DNA from: Alphaproteobacteria bacterium
GTDB lineage: Bacteria > Pseudomonadota > Alphaproteobacteria > RF32 > CAG-239
Direction of reading: 5' to 3'
Assembly: GCA_045634545.1 (NCBI GenBank)
Contig: JAZRAL010000012.1
Span: 1 to 57,894, forward strand
Length of the DNA: 57,894 nucleotides
The position numbers were made by a program, and so were the translations under genes. Below are positions 37,866 through 51,500 of the stretch, in pieces. The notes beneath the pieces are model-generated. The model searched no databases. It was given only the letters and a program-made list of their open reading frames with translations, and was not told where the DNA came from. Numbering within the stretch: the first letter of the stretch is position 1; every line of letters starts with the position of its first letter.

Positions 37866-38052
37866 TGATATCTACCTCTAAAAAATTATCACATGAAGCG
37901 ATACTACTCGTCAAAAATTGTATTTGCAAAACACAAAAAATTTCTAAATTGTAACATTCTTATACGAAATACATTCAAAATATCAAAAAATAGAGTTGAT
38001 TTATCTAATAAAGTTGTTATATTGCAATAAGTTTTTAAATAAAGAGGTTGAA

Positions 38053-38802
38053 TTGAAAAAAAGTATTTTTGCATTTTTTTTATTGATTGTTTTAGGTTTA
38101 TGTGGTTGTTCAACGACTTCAACATCGGGTAATGGAGGCTTAGAAACCTACAATAGGGCGATGTTTTCTTTTAATAATAAGGTTGACAAATTTGTTATTA
38201 GACCAGTCGCTAAAGGTTATAAAAAAATTACCAATAAATACATAAGAAGTCGTGTTTCTAATTTTTTCAATAATATAGGTGAGCCTATATCTGCTGCAAA
38301 CCATATTTTACAGGGGGATTTTTTGTCATCTGGTGAAAATTTAGGGCGCTTCGTGTTAAATACAACATTAGGTGTTGTTGGTCTATACGATGTTGCGTCA
38401 TCACTAGGTTTGGAAAAAAATAAAACAGGTTTTGATGAAACTATGGCTACATGGTGTATGCCTGATGGACCATTTGTTGTGTTGCCTTTCTTTGGTCCTA
38501 GTACGCCACGCGCTGCTCTAGGATTTGTTGCAGATGCTTATTCTTCTCCTGCTTATTGGGTGGCTCATGAATCTGGTGATGATGGCGCTATGACAATATA
38601 TTATGCTTCATCGGGTCTTAAATACCTGAATTTAATGGCGGAAAATTTAGGCTTTTTGGAGAGTTTGGAAGAGGGAAGTGTAGATTATTATGAGGCAGTT
38701 AAATCTGCGTATCTACAAAATCGTAACAAAATAATGGTGTGTGGAAAGAAAGATGATATAGCGCCGAGCTACGATTTTGATATGGATGATATGGATTATT
38801 AA
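38053..38802 (+). CDS. mlaA: MlaA/VacJ family lipoprotein
   Basis: Lipobox LCGC, ETYNRAMFSFN, RFVLNTTLG, GPFVVLPFFGPST. TTG start after a GAGG RBS. Confidence 0.9.
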   Translation: MKKSIFAFFLLIVLGLCGCSTTSTSGNGGLETYNRAMFSFNNKVDKFVIRPVAKGYKKITNKYIRSRVSNFFNNIGEPISAANHILQGDFLSSGENLGRFVLNTTLGVVGLYDVASSLGLEKNKTGFDETMATWCMPDGPFVVLPFFGPSTPRAALGFVADAYSSPAYWVAHESGDDGAMTIYYASSGLKYLNLMAENLGFLESLEEGSVDYYEAVKSAYLQNRNKIMVCGKKDDIAPSYDFDMDDMDY

Positions 38803-38831
38803 TTGTTTTTTGTAAAGAAAAGGGACTGAAT

Positions 38832-39425
38832 ATGAAAAAGATTTTAGTTTGTTTTTTTGCTTTTATGACTTTTGTTCAATCTGCTGTAGCTGCGATAGAT
38901 AAAGACAATGCTGTTGTAATGGTAGAGAATTTAACAAAAGAAGGAATTGAAAAAATTATAAATTCAAATTCTTCTGCAGAAGAGAAGAATAATGTTTTTC
39001 GTAAACTTTTTACAGAGAATTTGGATTTAGATTTTATTGGTAAATATGTTTTAGGTCGCTATTGGAGAATTGCTACACCTGCTCAGCAAAAAGAGTTTGT
39101 TAAGCTGTATAAAGAATTTAACGTGAAGACATGGTCAAAAAGGTTTGATGAATTTAAAGGAAAGAAATTTTCTTTTTTAGGTACAAGTTCTTCAAATAAT
39201 CCAGATCAAGTTTTTGTGGATACAGAGGTTCCTATGGATGGGACAAAGCCAGTTAGCGTTAAATGGCGAGTTAGTGAGAAAAAAGGCCAAATGAAAATTA
39301 TTGATATAATTATTGAAAATGTTAGTTTGGCCCAGACTGCTCGTAATGAATATACATCTTTTATTGCTAAGTCTCCAAAAGGAATTGAGGGGCTTTTGGA
39401 TAATTTGCGACAAAAAGTAAATTAA
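38832..39425 (+). CDS. mlaC: MlaC/Ttg2D phospholipid shuttle protein
   Basis: Signal peptide, VLGRYWR, IIDIIIENVSL...RNEY; adjacent to mlaA. Confidence 0.88.
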   Translation: MKKILVCFFAFMTFVQSAVAAIDKDNAVVMVENLTKEGIEKIINSNSSAEEKNNVFRKLFTENLDLDFIGKYVLGRYWRIATPAQQKEFVKLYKEFNVKTWSKRFDEFKGKKFSFLGTSSSNNPDQVFVDTEVPMDGTKPVSVKWRVSEKKGQMKIIDIIIENVSLAQTARNEYTSFIAKSPKGIEGLLDNLRQKVN

Positions 39426-39480
39426 AGTAAAAATATCCACTAATTTAATACTTTTTTTACACTTCTTGTGTATAAAATGG

Positions 39481-39509
39481 TTGACAATTGTCTAAAATAA
39501 TGCTATCCT
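39481..39509 (+). promoter_or_regulatory. sigma70 promoter of the giant gene
   Basis: TTGACA-N17-TATCCT with TGn extension. Confidence 0.65.
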
Positions 39510-39541
39510 AATAAGGATATTATTCTATTTAAAGTGGGTAT

Positions 39542-42500
39542 GTGATGACTAGGAAACTAATATTTGTAGTGGCTGCCGCGCTAGGTATTGTGTGGTCCGG
39601 GGTCTCAGAAGCTAAGGTTTGCCGACTCGGTGATGAAGGCTGTGAGACTAGTGAATTTTTTGGTACAGGAGATGGTCAATGTGACGCATCTTATAAACCT
39701 TGTCTAGATCCACGTGCAGGTGCTACGTATTGTTATGGAGTTTATGGCGGCGGAGATACTCCTCAAGCGTTGTATCGTGATGAAGATTGTTGTTCTAGTC
39801 TAGCGGCAAATGGTTATCAGGAATGTCTTATAAATGAAGGGAAGGCAGGGTATGGTCTTTCTTGTCGTGGTGCTGTAAGTAATACTACATATTGGCAGTA
39901 TTGTGGTTGTTCTTACGGTTTTGTTGAAGTTGATGAAAGTGGTCTTATTAATGGAGGTATTGTTGAAGACTTAATCAGCGGAGATTTAGTTCCTTATGAA
40001 TCTAGGTGTGGAGAAGCTGGATGGGGAATTGGTGAATGTCAGTTTGCTCAATGTAATGAAGATAGACGATTTTTCTATGAAAATGGTGGGGAGCATTGTA
40101 AATATAGATTAGGTACTCGTTGTGGTGGTTTTGGGTGTATGCAAGTATATGATTGTAACCACGATGAAGAAGTTATAGATACAGGTAAAGAATATTACAG
40201 AAATGAAAATCATTTCTTGGCAGATGGTGTGCAAAACTTTATTCCTTTTTATGGGGAAGATCTTGTTTCTAATGAGCGTCTTTCTGATGACGTTGTTAAA
40301 TTAATTCTTGCTACATCAAATAGACAGGTGCCACCTTTTGTGGAAGGGGTTCATTATGAGGATTACAATGTTGTAAATCGCTATGTTTGTAGATATATCA
40401 AGGAAGATGGAAATAAAACCACTCATGATGTAGAAGATACTGGAGGTGGTTTTAGCTGTAATACTGTTCCAAATTATTGCTATTTGTGGGATGGATGTAA
40501 TGAAGATAGACGTTGGTATAATAGTGGAGCATCAACAGAGCCTGTAAACGCAGGTGCTATATATAATAGTGACTTATATTATCAAATTTGGCTTAACGTT
40601 GTTGAAAAAGACGCAGATTACCATCCTGAAAATGTTCATGCTGGTGAAATACCTCAGCATCTTAATTTTTATAGAGATGGTGATGTAAATCCTACATATG
40701 GCTTATACGAGCCGATAGAAGGTTCTATTGATGGAAAAAACTTATCTCTTTGTACTTTAGAAAACGGATGTATTAGAGATGATAAGGGATGTACATATAT
40801 TAGAGGCGACTGCCATCAAGACGGTGTTGAATATCCAAGTCACCGTTGTTGGAAAAAAGTTTCATGTACAGAAGAAAATCGTTTCTATGCATCATTTATG
40901 AATGCCGCAACAATTTCTGTAGATAGTGATGGTAATATTACAGGGGAAACAAATAATTTATATGAATCATCTTTAAGTGAGCCATATTATACTGGTTTTT
41001 ATGGCGCTTTAGAAGACCCTGAGACAGAAATATATCCAGCTTGCGTATATGAAATAAATAACTGTAATGACGCAACAGGTTGTTATCGCAAATCATTAGC
41101 AACTGGATGTATAGAGGATTTTGAAGATGTTAGAGAACATTTAACAATTGAGGATGACTGGACACCTTGGTTTGAGTTCTTGTGGCCACTATGTAATGAC
41201 AATACTCGTTGTTATAAAGCAACATCTTGTGATTTATCAATGGGTGCATATTCATCAGAACCAAACACTTTATTCTTCCAAACCATTAGCTCAACCGCTA
41301 CTGGTTTAACATGTTATAAAGGTGTAGATTGTTATTATGAATATGGTGCATATTCATCAGAACCAAATACATCATTCTTTAGTGCTATAAATTCACATGC
41401 AACAAGTTCTATTTGTTATCGAGGAGAAAGTTGTCATTTAGAAGCTGGTGCTTATTCATCTGTTCCAAACCTTTATTTCTTTAAAATAGATGAATCTATA
41501 GCATCAGGCTCTACTTGCTATCGTGGTGTAGAATGTTTAGGTTTAGATAGCGGCGCATATACATCAGAACCAAACACGTCATTCTTTAATACAATTGGTT
41601 CAGCAGCGTCAAGCTCTACATGTTATCGTGGTACAAGTTGTAATATAGATGCAGGTGCTTATTCTTCTATTCCAAATACCTTATTCTTTGAATTAAGTGA
41701 TTCTTCTGCATCTGGTTCTATTTGTTATCGTGGTGATAGTTGTTACTTTGAAATAGGTGTATATTCATCAGAACCAAATACTTCATTCTTTGAAAATATA
41801 GACTCACTTGCGTCAGGTTCTACATGTTATAGAGGACAAAATTGTAATTTTGACAGTGGTGCATATACATCAGAACCAAACACATTGTTCTTTGATGCTA
41901 TTAGCTCAATAGCCACAGGTTCTACATGTTATAGAGGACAAGGTTGTGATATCGAAATAGGTGCATATTCATCAGAACCAAATACCTTGTTCTTTAAGAC
42001 TATTTCTTCTTTAGCAACAGGTTCAACATGTTACCGCGGTGAAGCTTGTAATGTAGAAATGGGTGCATATACATCAGAACCAAACACATCATTCTTTGAA
42101 TTAATAGATTCTCATGCAACAGGTTCAACATGTTATCGTGGAGATTCTTGTCATATAGATGCTGGTGCTTATTCATCAACACCAAACACATTGTTCTTTG
42201 CTGTATTTTCATCAACGGCATCAGGTAGTACTTGCTACAGAGGTGTAGAGTGTTTGGACAAAGATGGAGGTGTTTATACATCAAGTCCAAATACAGAATT
42301 CTTTAACGTTATACATTCGCTTGCATCAAGTTCAGGATGCTATCGTGGTGAATCATGTAACATAGAACAAGGTTCATATTCATCAGAGCCAAATACTTCA
42401 TTTTTTGAAGTTATCAATTCTTCTGCGTCTGGTTCAATCTGCTATCGTGGTAAAGACTGCTATATTGAAGCAGGTGCTTACGGGACAACTCCTAATGAAG

Positions 42501-45500
42501 AATTCTTTAATGTAATTGAATCTGTTGCTACAGGATTGACCTGTTACAGGGGGGAAGATTGTAATCTAGAAAAAGGTTCATATTCATCAGAACCAAACAC
42601 AGTATTCTTTATTGCAATTAACTCTATAGCTTCAGGTAGTACATGTTATAGAGCAGAAGATTGCGCAGAAACAGCTATAAGCGAGGAATTAAAGAACACA
42701 AGTTTCTTTGTATTTATATCATCGGCAGCAACTGGTTCTACATGTTATCGTTCAACATCTTGTCGTTTTGATGTTGGTGCATACTCTTCAACACCAAATA
42801 CATCATTCTTTGATGTTCTAAATTCTATGAATGCATTACAAGACTCAACATGTTATCGTGGCGGTGGGTGCAATATTAAAGCAGGCGCATATACATCAGA
42901 ACCAAATACATCATTCTTTACATTTATAACATCCCTAGCATCAGGAAGTACATCATATCGTGTAGATGGATATTGTGCTGATTGCGGTGCGTATACATCA
43001 ACACCAAACACATCATTCTTTGATGTTATAACATCTTTAGGCTCTGGCTCTATAGTCTACAGGGCTCAAGGTGAGCATCTAGCAGCAGGATCTTACAAAT
43101 CAGAACCAAATACATCGTTCTTTATGAATATTTCATCAATAGCTTCAGGAAGTGTTGCATACCGAAGTGAAGAATCACACATTGCGGCTGGTGCATATTC
43201 ATCAAGTCCTAACCCATTGTTCTTTAATGTAATTGTGTCACACTCATCAGGCAGTATTTCTTATCGTGCAGATAGAGCAAGTTCTGATACAATAGAAACA
43301 AATACATCATTCTTCCTTGGTATTCATTCTTTAGCATCAGGCAGTATTGCTTATCGTAGTGAAAAAGCACACCTTGCAGCCGGTGCTTACTCATCAACAC
43401 CAAATACATCATTCTTCTATGTGATTTCATCATATGGATCAGGTTCTATTGCTTACCGTGCTGAGAATACACACTTTGCAGCGGGTGCATATACATCAGA
43501 ACCAAATACGACATTCTTTAATACAATACATTCTGTTGCATCAGGTAGTATTGCATATCGTGCAGATAAACATTGTGAAGATTGCGGATCTTATGGAACA
43601 TCTCCAAATACATCATTCTTCTTGAATATTTATTCTGTGGCATCTGGTAGCACATCATATCGTGTGATAGATCAACATATAGCTGCTGGTGCATACAAAT
43701 CAGAGCCAAATACATCATTCTTTGATGTAATAAAATCTCTTGGTACTGGTATTGAAGCATATAGAGCTCAAGGAGCACACCTAAAAGCAGGTGCATATTC
43801 ATCAGCTCCAAATACATCATTCTTCTTAAATAGTACATCAGAAGCATCTGGTAGTACTGCATATCGAGGAGATGCAGCTCATATTAAAGCAGGTGCATAC
43901 ACATCAGAACCAAACTTAGCATTCTTTATTGTTGATAAATCATTAGCTTCTGGTTCTACATGTTATCGTGGAGCAGAATGTGCAATAAGTGCTGTTTCAG
44001 GAGAAAGAACCAACTCTAGCTTCTTTGTATATACACAATCTGCAGCATCAGGTTCTACATGTTATCGCTCATCAGCATGCCGTCTTGATATTGGTGCATA
44101 CTCTTCTGCACCAAATACATCATTCTTTAATGTATTAACATCAACCAATGCTCAAAATGACTCAACTTGTTACCGTACAGATGGTTGCAATATTAAAGCT
44201 GGTGCTTATAGTGCAGCTCCAAATACATCATTCTTTAAGTATGTAACATCTGAAGCATCTGGTAGTATATCATATCGTGCAGAACAACATTGTGCTGATT
44301 GTGGTGCATACACATCAAAACCAAATACATCATTCTTTATTGTGATATCATCTCATTCATCAGGTAGTATTTCTTACCGTGCAGAGTCTTCACATCTTAG
44401 AGCCGGTGCATATACCTCAAGTCCTAATACATTATTCTTTAATGTTATAAAATCAGTATCATCTGGAAGTACATCATATCGTGCAGAAAGTGTAGATTGG
44501 TTAAAAGGTAACTATTCATCAAGTCCAAATACATTATTCTTCAGCACAATTAGATCACATGCATCAGGTTCATCTGCGTATCGTGCGGATACAGCTAAGC
44601 TCTTAGAGGGTGCTTATACTTCAGCTCCAAATACATCATTCTTTATCTATAGCTATTCTCATGCATCAGGTATATATGCATATCGTGGAGATGAAATTCA
44701 CCTTAAAGCAGGTGCTTATACTTCTGCGCCAAACACAATGTTCTTTAACACTATAAGATCTCTTGCTAGTGGAACAATATCTTATAGAGCAGATGGAATC
44801 TGTAAAGCAGATGTATGCGGTGGAGGTACACCACATGTTTATACTAAAGAACCAAATACATCATTCTTTAATGTATTAGAATCATCAGCATCTGGAAGTA
44901 AAGCATACCGTTCAGATGGTCCTGGAATAGGTGCATACAGCTCATCACCAAATACATCGTTCTTTATCGTGATAAGTTCAAAAGCTTCAGGAAGTGTCGC
45001 TTATCGTGGTGAAAAATCACATATTGCAGCAGGTGCATATTCATCAACACCAAACCCATTGTTCTTTGATATAGTTATATCACTTGCTTCAGGTAGTATA
45101 TCTTATCGTGCTGTTGAAGCAAACTTTAATCGTGGTGCTTATACTTCTAAGCCTAATACATCATTCTTTATAGGTTTATCATCACATGCGTCTGGTTCTA
45201 CATCGTATCGTACAGGTCCTGTAAACCTACAAGCAGGTGCTTATACATCAAGTCCAAATACATTATTCTTCTATGTAATTAACTCAAAAGCTAGTGGCTC
45301 TATTGCATACAGAGGTGAAAGAGTACATATTGAGGCAGGTGCTTATACTTCTGCACCAAACACTATGTTCTTTAGCACCATAAAATCACTTGCTTCAGGA
45401 AGTACATCATATCGTGCAAGTGGCCAAGGTGGTGGCGGTTATTCTGAAAAACCAAATACATCATTCTTTAATCTTGTTGATTCAAAAGCCAGTGGTTTAA

Positions 45501-48500
45501 CCTGTTACAGAGGAACAAGTTGTCGTGAAAATGTAGGTACATATACATCGACACCAAACACATCTTTCTTTAAGGTTATAAAATCTACTGCTTCTGGTTC
45601 TGCATGTTATCGTGGTCAAGAATGTGCTACATCTGCTAAAACACAAAAACAAATGAATGAACCTTTCTATATTTCAAGTATAAGTAATAGAGAATACTAT
45701 TATACATATTTCTTTGGATTTGTTAACTCAAAAGCATCAGGTTCAACATGTTACAGAGCAAAAACATATTGTCCGACAGTTTCTGCGTTTGCTAACTATA
45801 CTACAGCACCAAATACATCATACTTTGTAAACGTATCACTTAAGGATACAACATTAGACGGATATACTGGTACATGTTATATTGCAGACCATTGTCATAC
45901 AGCCGCTGGTGCATATTCATTTAAGCCAAATGAATTATTCTTTGTAAATTCAAGCGCAGTAGCATCAGACGTTGGTTGTTATAGAGGAAATAAGTGTGTA
46001 AATGCTGCTTATGACACAACACCAAACACATTGTTCTTTACCGTGATAAGTTCTAAAGCATCTGGTAGTACATGTTTTAGATCTACAGGATGTAATACCA
46101 AAGTTGGTGCATACACAGCAAAACCAAATACAATGTATTTTGATGTGATAGAATCATCTGCATCAGGAAAGACATGTTACAGAGCAAAAGAATGTTCAGA
46201 AAATGCTATTGATACTAAATTAAGTTCATCATTCTTTGTTACTTCATTCTCTAACTCTTCTGGTACCGATTGTTATCGTGGTGATGTTTGTCACCAAAAA
46301 GCAGGTGCATATACAGATGCTCCAAATGCATACTTCTTTGAAGTTGCAGAATCTCATTCGCCAACAGAGAGTTGCTATAGAGGTACAGCATGTAGTAGCA
46401 CTGCTGCTCCAAGCCAAAATACATCATTCTTTAGAAAAGATACATATCAATTATCCATTGCATCAGGTTCAAGATGTTATCGAGGTAAAGATTGTAATGC
46501 CGCTGCTGGAGCGCATACATCAGAGCCAGATAGATTATACTTCAATACATCAAAGAAAACTGAAGGAACAACATGTTATCGTGCAACAAGTTGTAACAAA
46601 TCAGAGGGTGCAGTAACTGAAGCTGAACATAATACAGCATACTTTAATTATACATCAAAAACAGCTTCTAGTTCAACATGTTATCGTGCAACAAGTTGTA
46701 ATACAGCAGCTGGCGCTTTAACCAATGCAAATATAAATACTGTATTCTTTAAATATTCGCAATTAACTCATACAGGTAACACATGTTATAGAGTAAGTAG
46801 TTGTTCTGAAAAAGCATCAGACCCTAAGAATACATCATATTTCACAGGAAGTTTTGATCAAAGTACACAATCAGGTAAAACATGTTATCGTGGTAAAGAA
46901 TGTCATATAGCTGCTGGTGCATACACATCAAAACCAAATGCATCATTCTTTAATGTGGGTGAAAAAGTGGAAGGTACTACATGTTATAGAGGAACATCAT
47001 GTAACTCTTCAGCGGGTGCTTATAAAACTTCAGAAACAGAGATATACTTTAACTATATTAGTTCTACAGCAAGTAAATCAACATGTTATCGTGCAACAAG
47101 TTGTAATGAAGAAAATAGTTCACCAACTGAGCCATATTTTGATAACGTAGGTGATGATGGTGTTGATGCATTCTGCGGTATAAGCACTACTATTCAAACA
47201 GGTATTAAATGTTATTATCCAACGAAATGTAAAGAAGATCCTTGTTCAAATCCTCCTTGTAGTGCACCTGATTATAGTTGTGGTGATGTAACAGATTATA
47301 GGCAATATTGTAACTGTTGTGAAGCAAAATTGATACATGAGGAACTACCGGGGCTAAATACAACATATTCAAAAGCTAAAGAATATTATATAACTAAAGT
47401 AACAAAGGAATTTGCTGGTAAAAAATGTTATGGTATTGCAGGATGTGCAAGTGGAGAGGAATATCCTGAAGGTTGTGATACAAAATACTTTAAACCAGAA
47501 TATGGTCCTTATTGCAATGTATCTTGTGGAAACCCTCAAAGAAAAGATGAGTGTCACTTAGATGAGGAAGAGATAGGTACTTATAGTCATGCTAAAATCT
47601 ACATATGGGGTAATGAAAAAACTTGTGGATATTTAACTCTAAAAGAAGCAATAGGTTGTAATGAAGCAAATAATTCATATCCATTAGGTACAGTATTTGA
47701 CAGAGTTAAAAACCAATATGGGCAATACTATGACTTTGATGAAGTGTTTAAGGCTTACTCAAATATTTCAAAATGTGAAGGTACAGCGGGTAAATGTTTA
47801 CACCTATGTTCTTGCCGTGGTGATTTAGGATGGAGCTCAAGCAAAGTTAACGGCAAACCATATATAGAAGTTACAACAGATCAATTTAGTAGCGGTCAAT
47901 TAGGAAATGATACTACAACATCATCAATAATTCCTACATTAAGCAATACTACACCATTTGGTCCAACTATTAGAGAAGGTATGTTGGTATCTGAGATGAC
48001 ACCAATTGATGTGTATGCTAATACTACATCACTTTCATCAAGTAAACAGCTTCTTGCATCAACAGAGGGTAAGGCAACATGCTATAAATCTGTAGATTGT
48101 CCAGATGGTTATGTATTCTTTGGAAAAGGTAAAGACTATTATACTCAACGTGCAGGTACTGCGCATAGATGGATTTGGGCAAATACAGGTGACCCAGTAA
48201 AAGATAACTATTGTGCTATTAAACAATGTTCATCTGAATATTTTGTGCCAGAAGATGATGGAAGTTACGACTGCTCAGATATAGACGGCTTCAGCTGTTG
48301 TAAAGAACGAGATGAAGATAAGGTTTGTCCTGATTACTTTGTATTTAACTTTAACTATTCACTATCATTGCAAATGGCATCGGAAAACTGTTTCTCACCA
48401 GATATTAATAATTGTGCTGAAAAGTTGAATAACCTTACGGTGACATATTCATTTGCTCACCCAGATGCTTCAGTTAATACAAATGGTATATCTGTGGAGG

Positions 48501-51500
48501 ATAGCGATGATTTCCTTGATGTAGATGCATTTGGTTTCATGTATAATTTGAGGAATACTTCAACTGGTGCAATATCAGAAACGGATAGCATGCCTCATCA
48601 TGCAACATGTAAAAACATTAACTATTCTGGGACTCAAGGTATATGCGCTACAGATATTAATAGTTCAACACTTACAATATATAATGTAGAATCAACAGGA
48701 GGTAATTATTATACAACAACTGGTTGTAGTGGTTCAGGTAGTATATGCCGTACATTTGATGGGTTTGATGGAATTATAGTTAAAGGCAAAACATACAGAG
48801 ATGGAAGTAAAATAAAAATAAAATTAAATAACCATTATCAAGGTATTACAAAAGAATGTGAGCCAACAGTAAGATTTAATGAACCAGAAAAATGTCCAGA
48901 CGGCTACTTTGTAGATAAACCAGATGGAAATTACTTCTCATATGATACAAAAACACTTTCTGATGGAACTAAGTGTTACAAAGCAAGATGCGGTGGTAAC
49001 TATGGCCTATCATCTACAGAGAGCGGTCAATCACTAGCAACATATCATGATATAAACTGTTACTGCCCAAGTGGTACATACTACTACTCTGATCCAGAAG
49101 AAGCATACAGAGGCGTTGATCAATTCTACTTTAAGGAAGGACGTGTTCCTGGGTGTTATGAAGCTGCATGTAAATATCCACAAGGTAGAGCAGATCTGCT
49201 ATTTAGTGGCTATGGCGTAGTGAATTGTCCAGGAGCTCCATGTTATACAGGTGGTGGGAGTATGCCTGCAGACCAAATGAGTAAGCCTTCTAATGCAGAT
49301 ACGTACTTTGACTATGATTCTGTAACACATGAATATGATGGAAAAACATGTTACTATAATATAGATTGTAATAGTGATAGAGGGTACACAAGTACTGACA
49401 CAAGAATAGGTTGTAGAACATGGGGTAGTAAAACATGTTGCCAAGATTGTCCTACAAATTCATTCTATAGTGAAACAAAACCTGAAGATGATACCGCTCA
49501 TATCTTTACAAACTCAGTATCTGGCTCTAACTGCTGGAAAATAGAATGTAATGAGGAAAATGGATATTATTTAGGGGGACCTAATGATGTTCATTCATTA
49601 GGAAGTAGTTTTGGGGTTGATTCTGTAAGTTGCGGTAAAGGTGGTTGTCCAGAAGGATACTATACAACAAAGCCAAATCTTGATTATTTTGTAATTATAG
49701 ATCAAAAGGAAATAGGTGACTATATTTGTTACAAAGCAGATTGTGCTTCAGGATACTCATCATCTGCTAAAAATACTCCAAACTCAGTTGGTGGAACATG
49801 GCATGGTCATGCGTGTTATAAAGAGATGGAAACAGAGTGTCCTCAATACATCAAGTACTTCATAAGTTACAATAGAGATACTGGTACAAATCTACAAGGT
49901 CAATATACTAAAATAAATAATTTCTCTGTTAGATATGAAATAGATGGAGATGGAGATAGTATAACAGTTAAAGGTCCTCATCAAGAATTTGGTATTCAGG
50001 CTTCGATTGAAGGATGGAGTAATTCAACAAGTTTACCATACGTACTAGATTGTCCTTTAACCTCAAGTACTCTAAATCAATGTGTTGATAAAAGTGATGA
50101 AACTGATTATGGACTAGATGAATCCGGATCATTAGATGTATGCCAGTATGATGGTGCAAGCATTTGTGATTGTTCATCATGTGTGTTTACTGAAATTACA
50201 GGTATCTACATTAATGGTAACTACATAGGTGAGAATAATGGTTCTAACACTACAATAATTAGCATAGATAATGGAGCAGGAGGCAAAGATTGCAATGTTC
50301 CTGTATATTATGAGATAAATGGAGATGGTGGAGACCTTCCAGAACCTGAAGAAGAATGTCCTGCAGGATATTACGAATATACAATGGATCCAGATACCAG
50401 ATACTTTAATGTTGTAGATAGTGGTGTTACAATAAATGGTAATAAATGCTTACAGGTAAATGGTTGTCAAGCAGGATATGTAAATGCACAAGCTTACACA
50501 GCTAAAAACTTACCATTACCTAGTCCTGTTAGTGGAGTTTCTGGTCCTCAAGGAACTTGGTATTGTTATAATGATGTGATTACAGTTGGTTACTACTTCT
50601 ACTGCGATGGTGGATTTGAAGGAGAAACTGATGCAGCTCTACAACAATACAATGGTACATATAATAAACTAAGTTCAGTATCATATATCAATCAACAAAC
50701 ATGTGATTTTTATTATGGTGTAGGTGGAACCAGTTATCCAGAATGTAACATTGCTGGATGGGTTGGAACACTTTCCGGTGCGGTACCTGTTGCTAATGAC
50801 GAAATAGAAATTAATTTTGATGGTTACCAAGCTTATACTTCTCAGATAACAGGTTGTGGAGATACAGCTACTCTTACTACAACATATAAATGTACATATC
50901 AAACACAAAATGGTGAATCAAGATACTTCTGTACGATGCCTGGTGGTACAGCAATTGGTGGAAATGATTTTGCTAATCCATTTAAAGATGAAAATAGTGG
51001 TGTAGTGCCATATTGCAGCCAAAATGGTCAGACAGGTAGTTATACTTGTGAACTAAACAGAGCTGGTACAAATAGCCTAATTTCATCAAGTACGGAGGTA
51101 TTATCTGGTTTGAAATTGAGATATCCTGCAAATGGATTAGTTGCAGACATTCCAAATAGTAAGATTACTTATCTCCCATTGAACTATAATACAAATACTG
51201 GCAATTTGAGGATTCACCACCTATATTATAATGGTAGTTCATATGTTTCAGCAGCAAGTACAGCCTTCAATAAAGGTAGTGTAGTAAGTTGTCCATCTGG
51301 TTCTTACTACTATGGATATGCATCTCCATTAAGAGATGATTCTATATATGAATATACCGAAGTTGGTGGTAATGGTTCTGGTTGTTACAAAGTAGCATGT
51401 GATGAGACCATAGAACTAGGTGTATATAGTGCCGCAATGGATACTACTAAATCTATAGCATCACCACTTCTAACAAGCCCTGCTGCAGGTGAAACCAATC

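Noticed and set aside
42970-44305. CxxC motifs of the giant protein as c-type heme sites
   Set aside because: CADC and CEDC are followed by G, not H; no CxxCH seen in the repeats.
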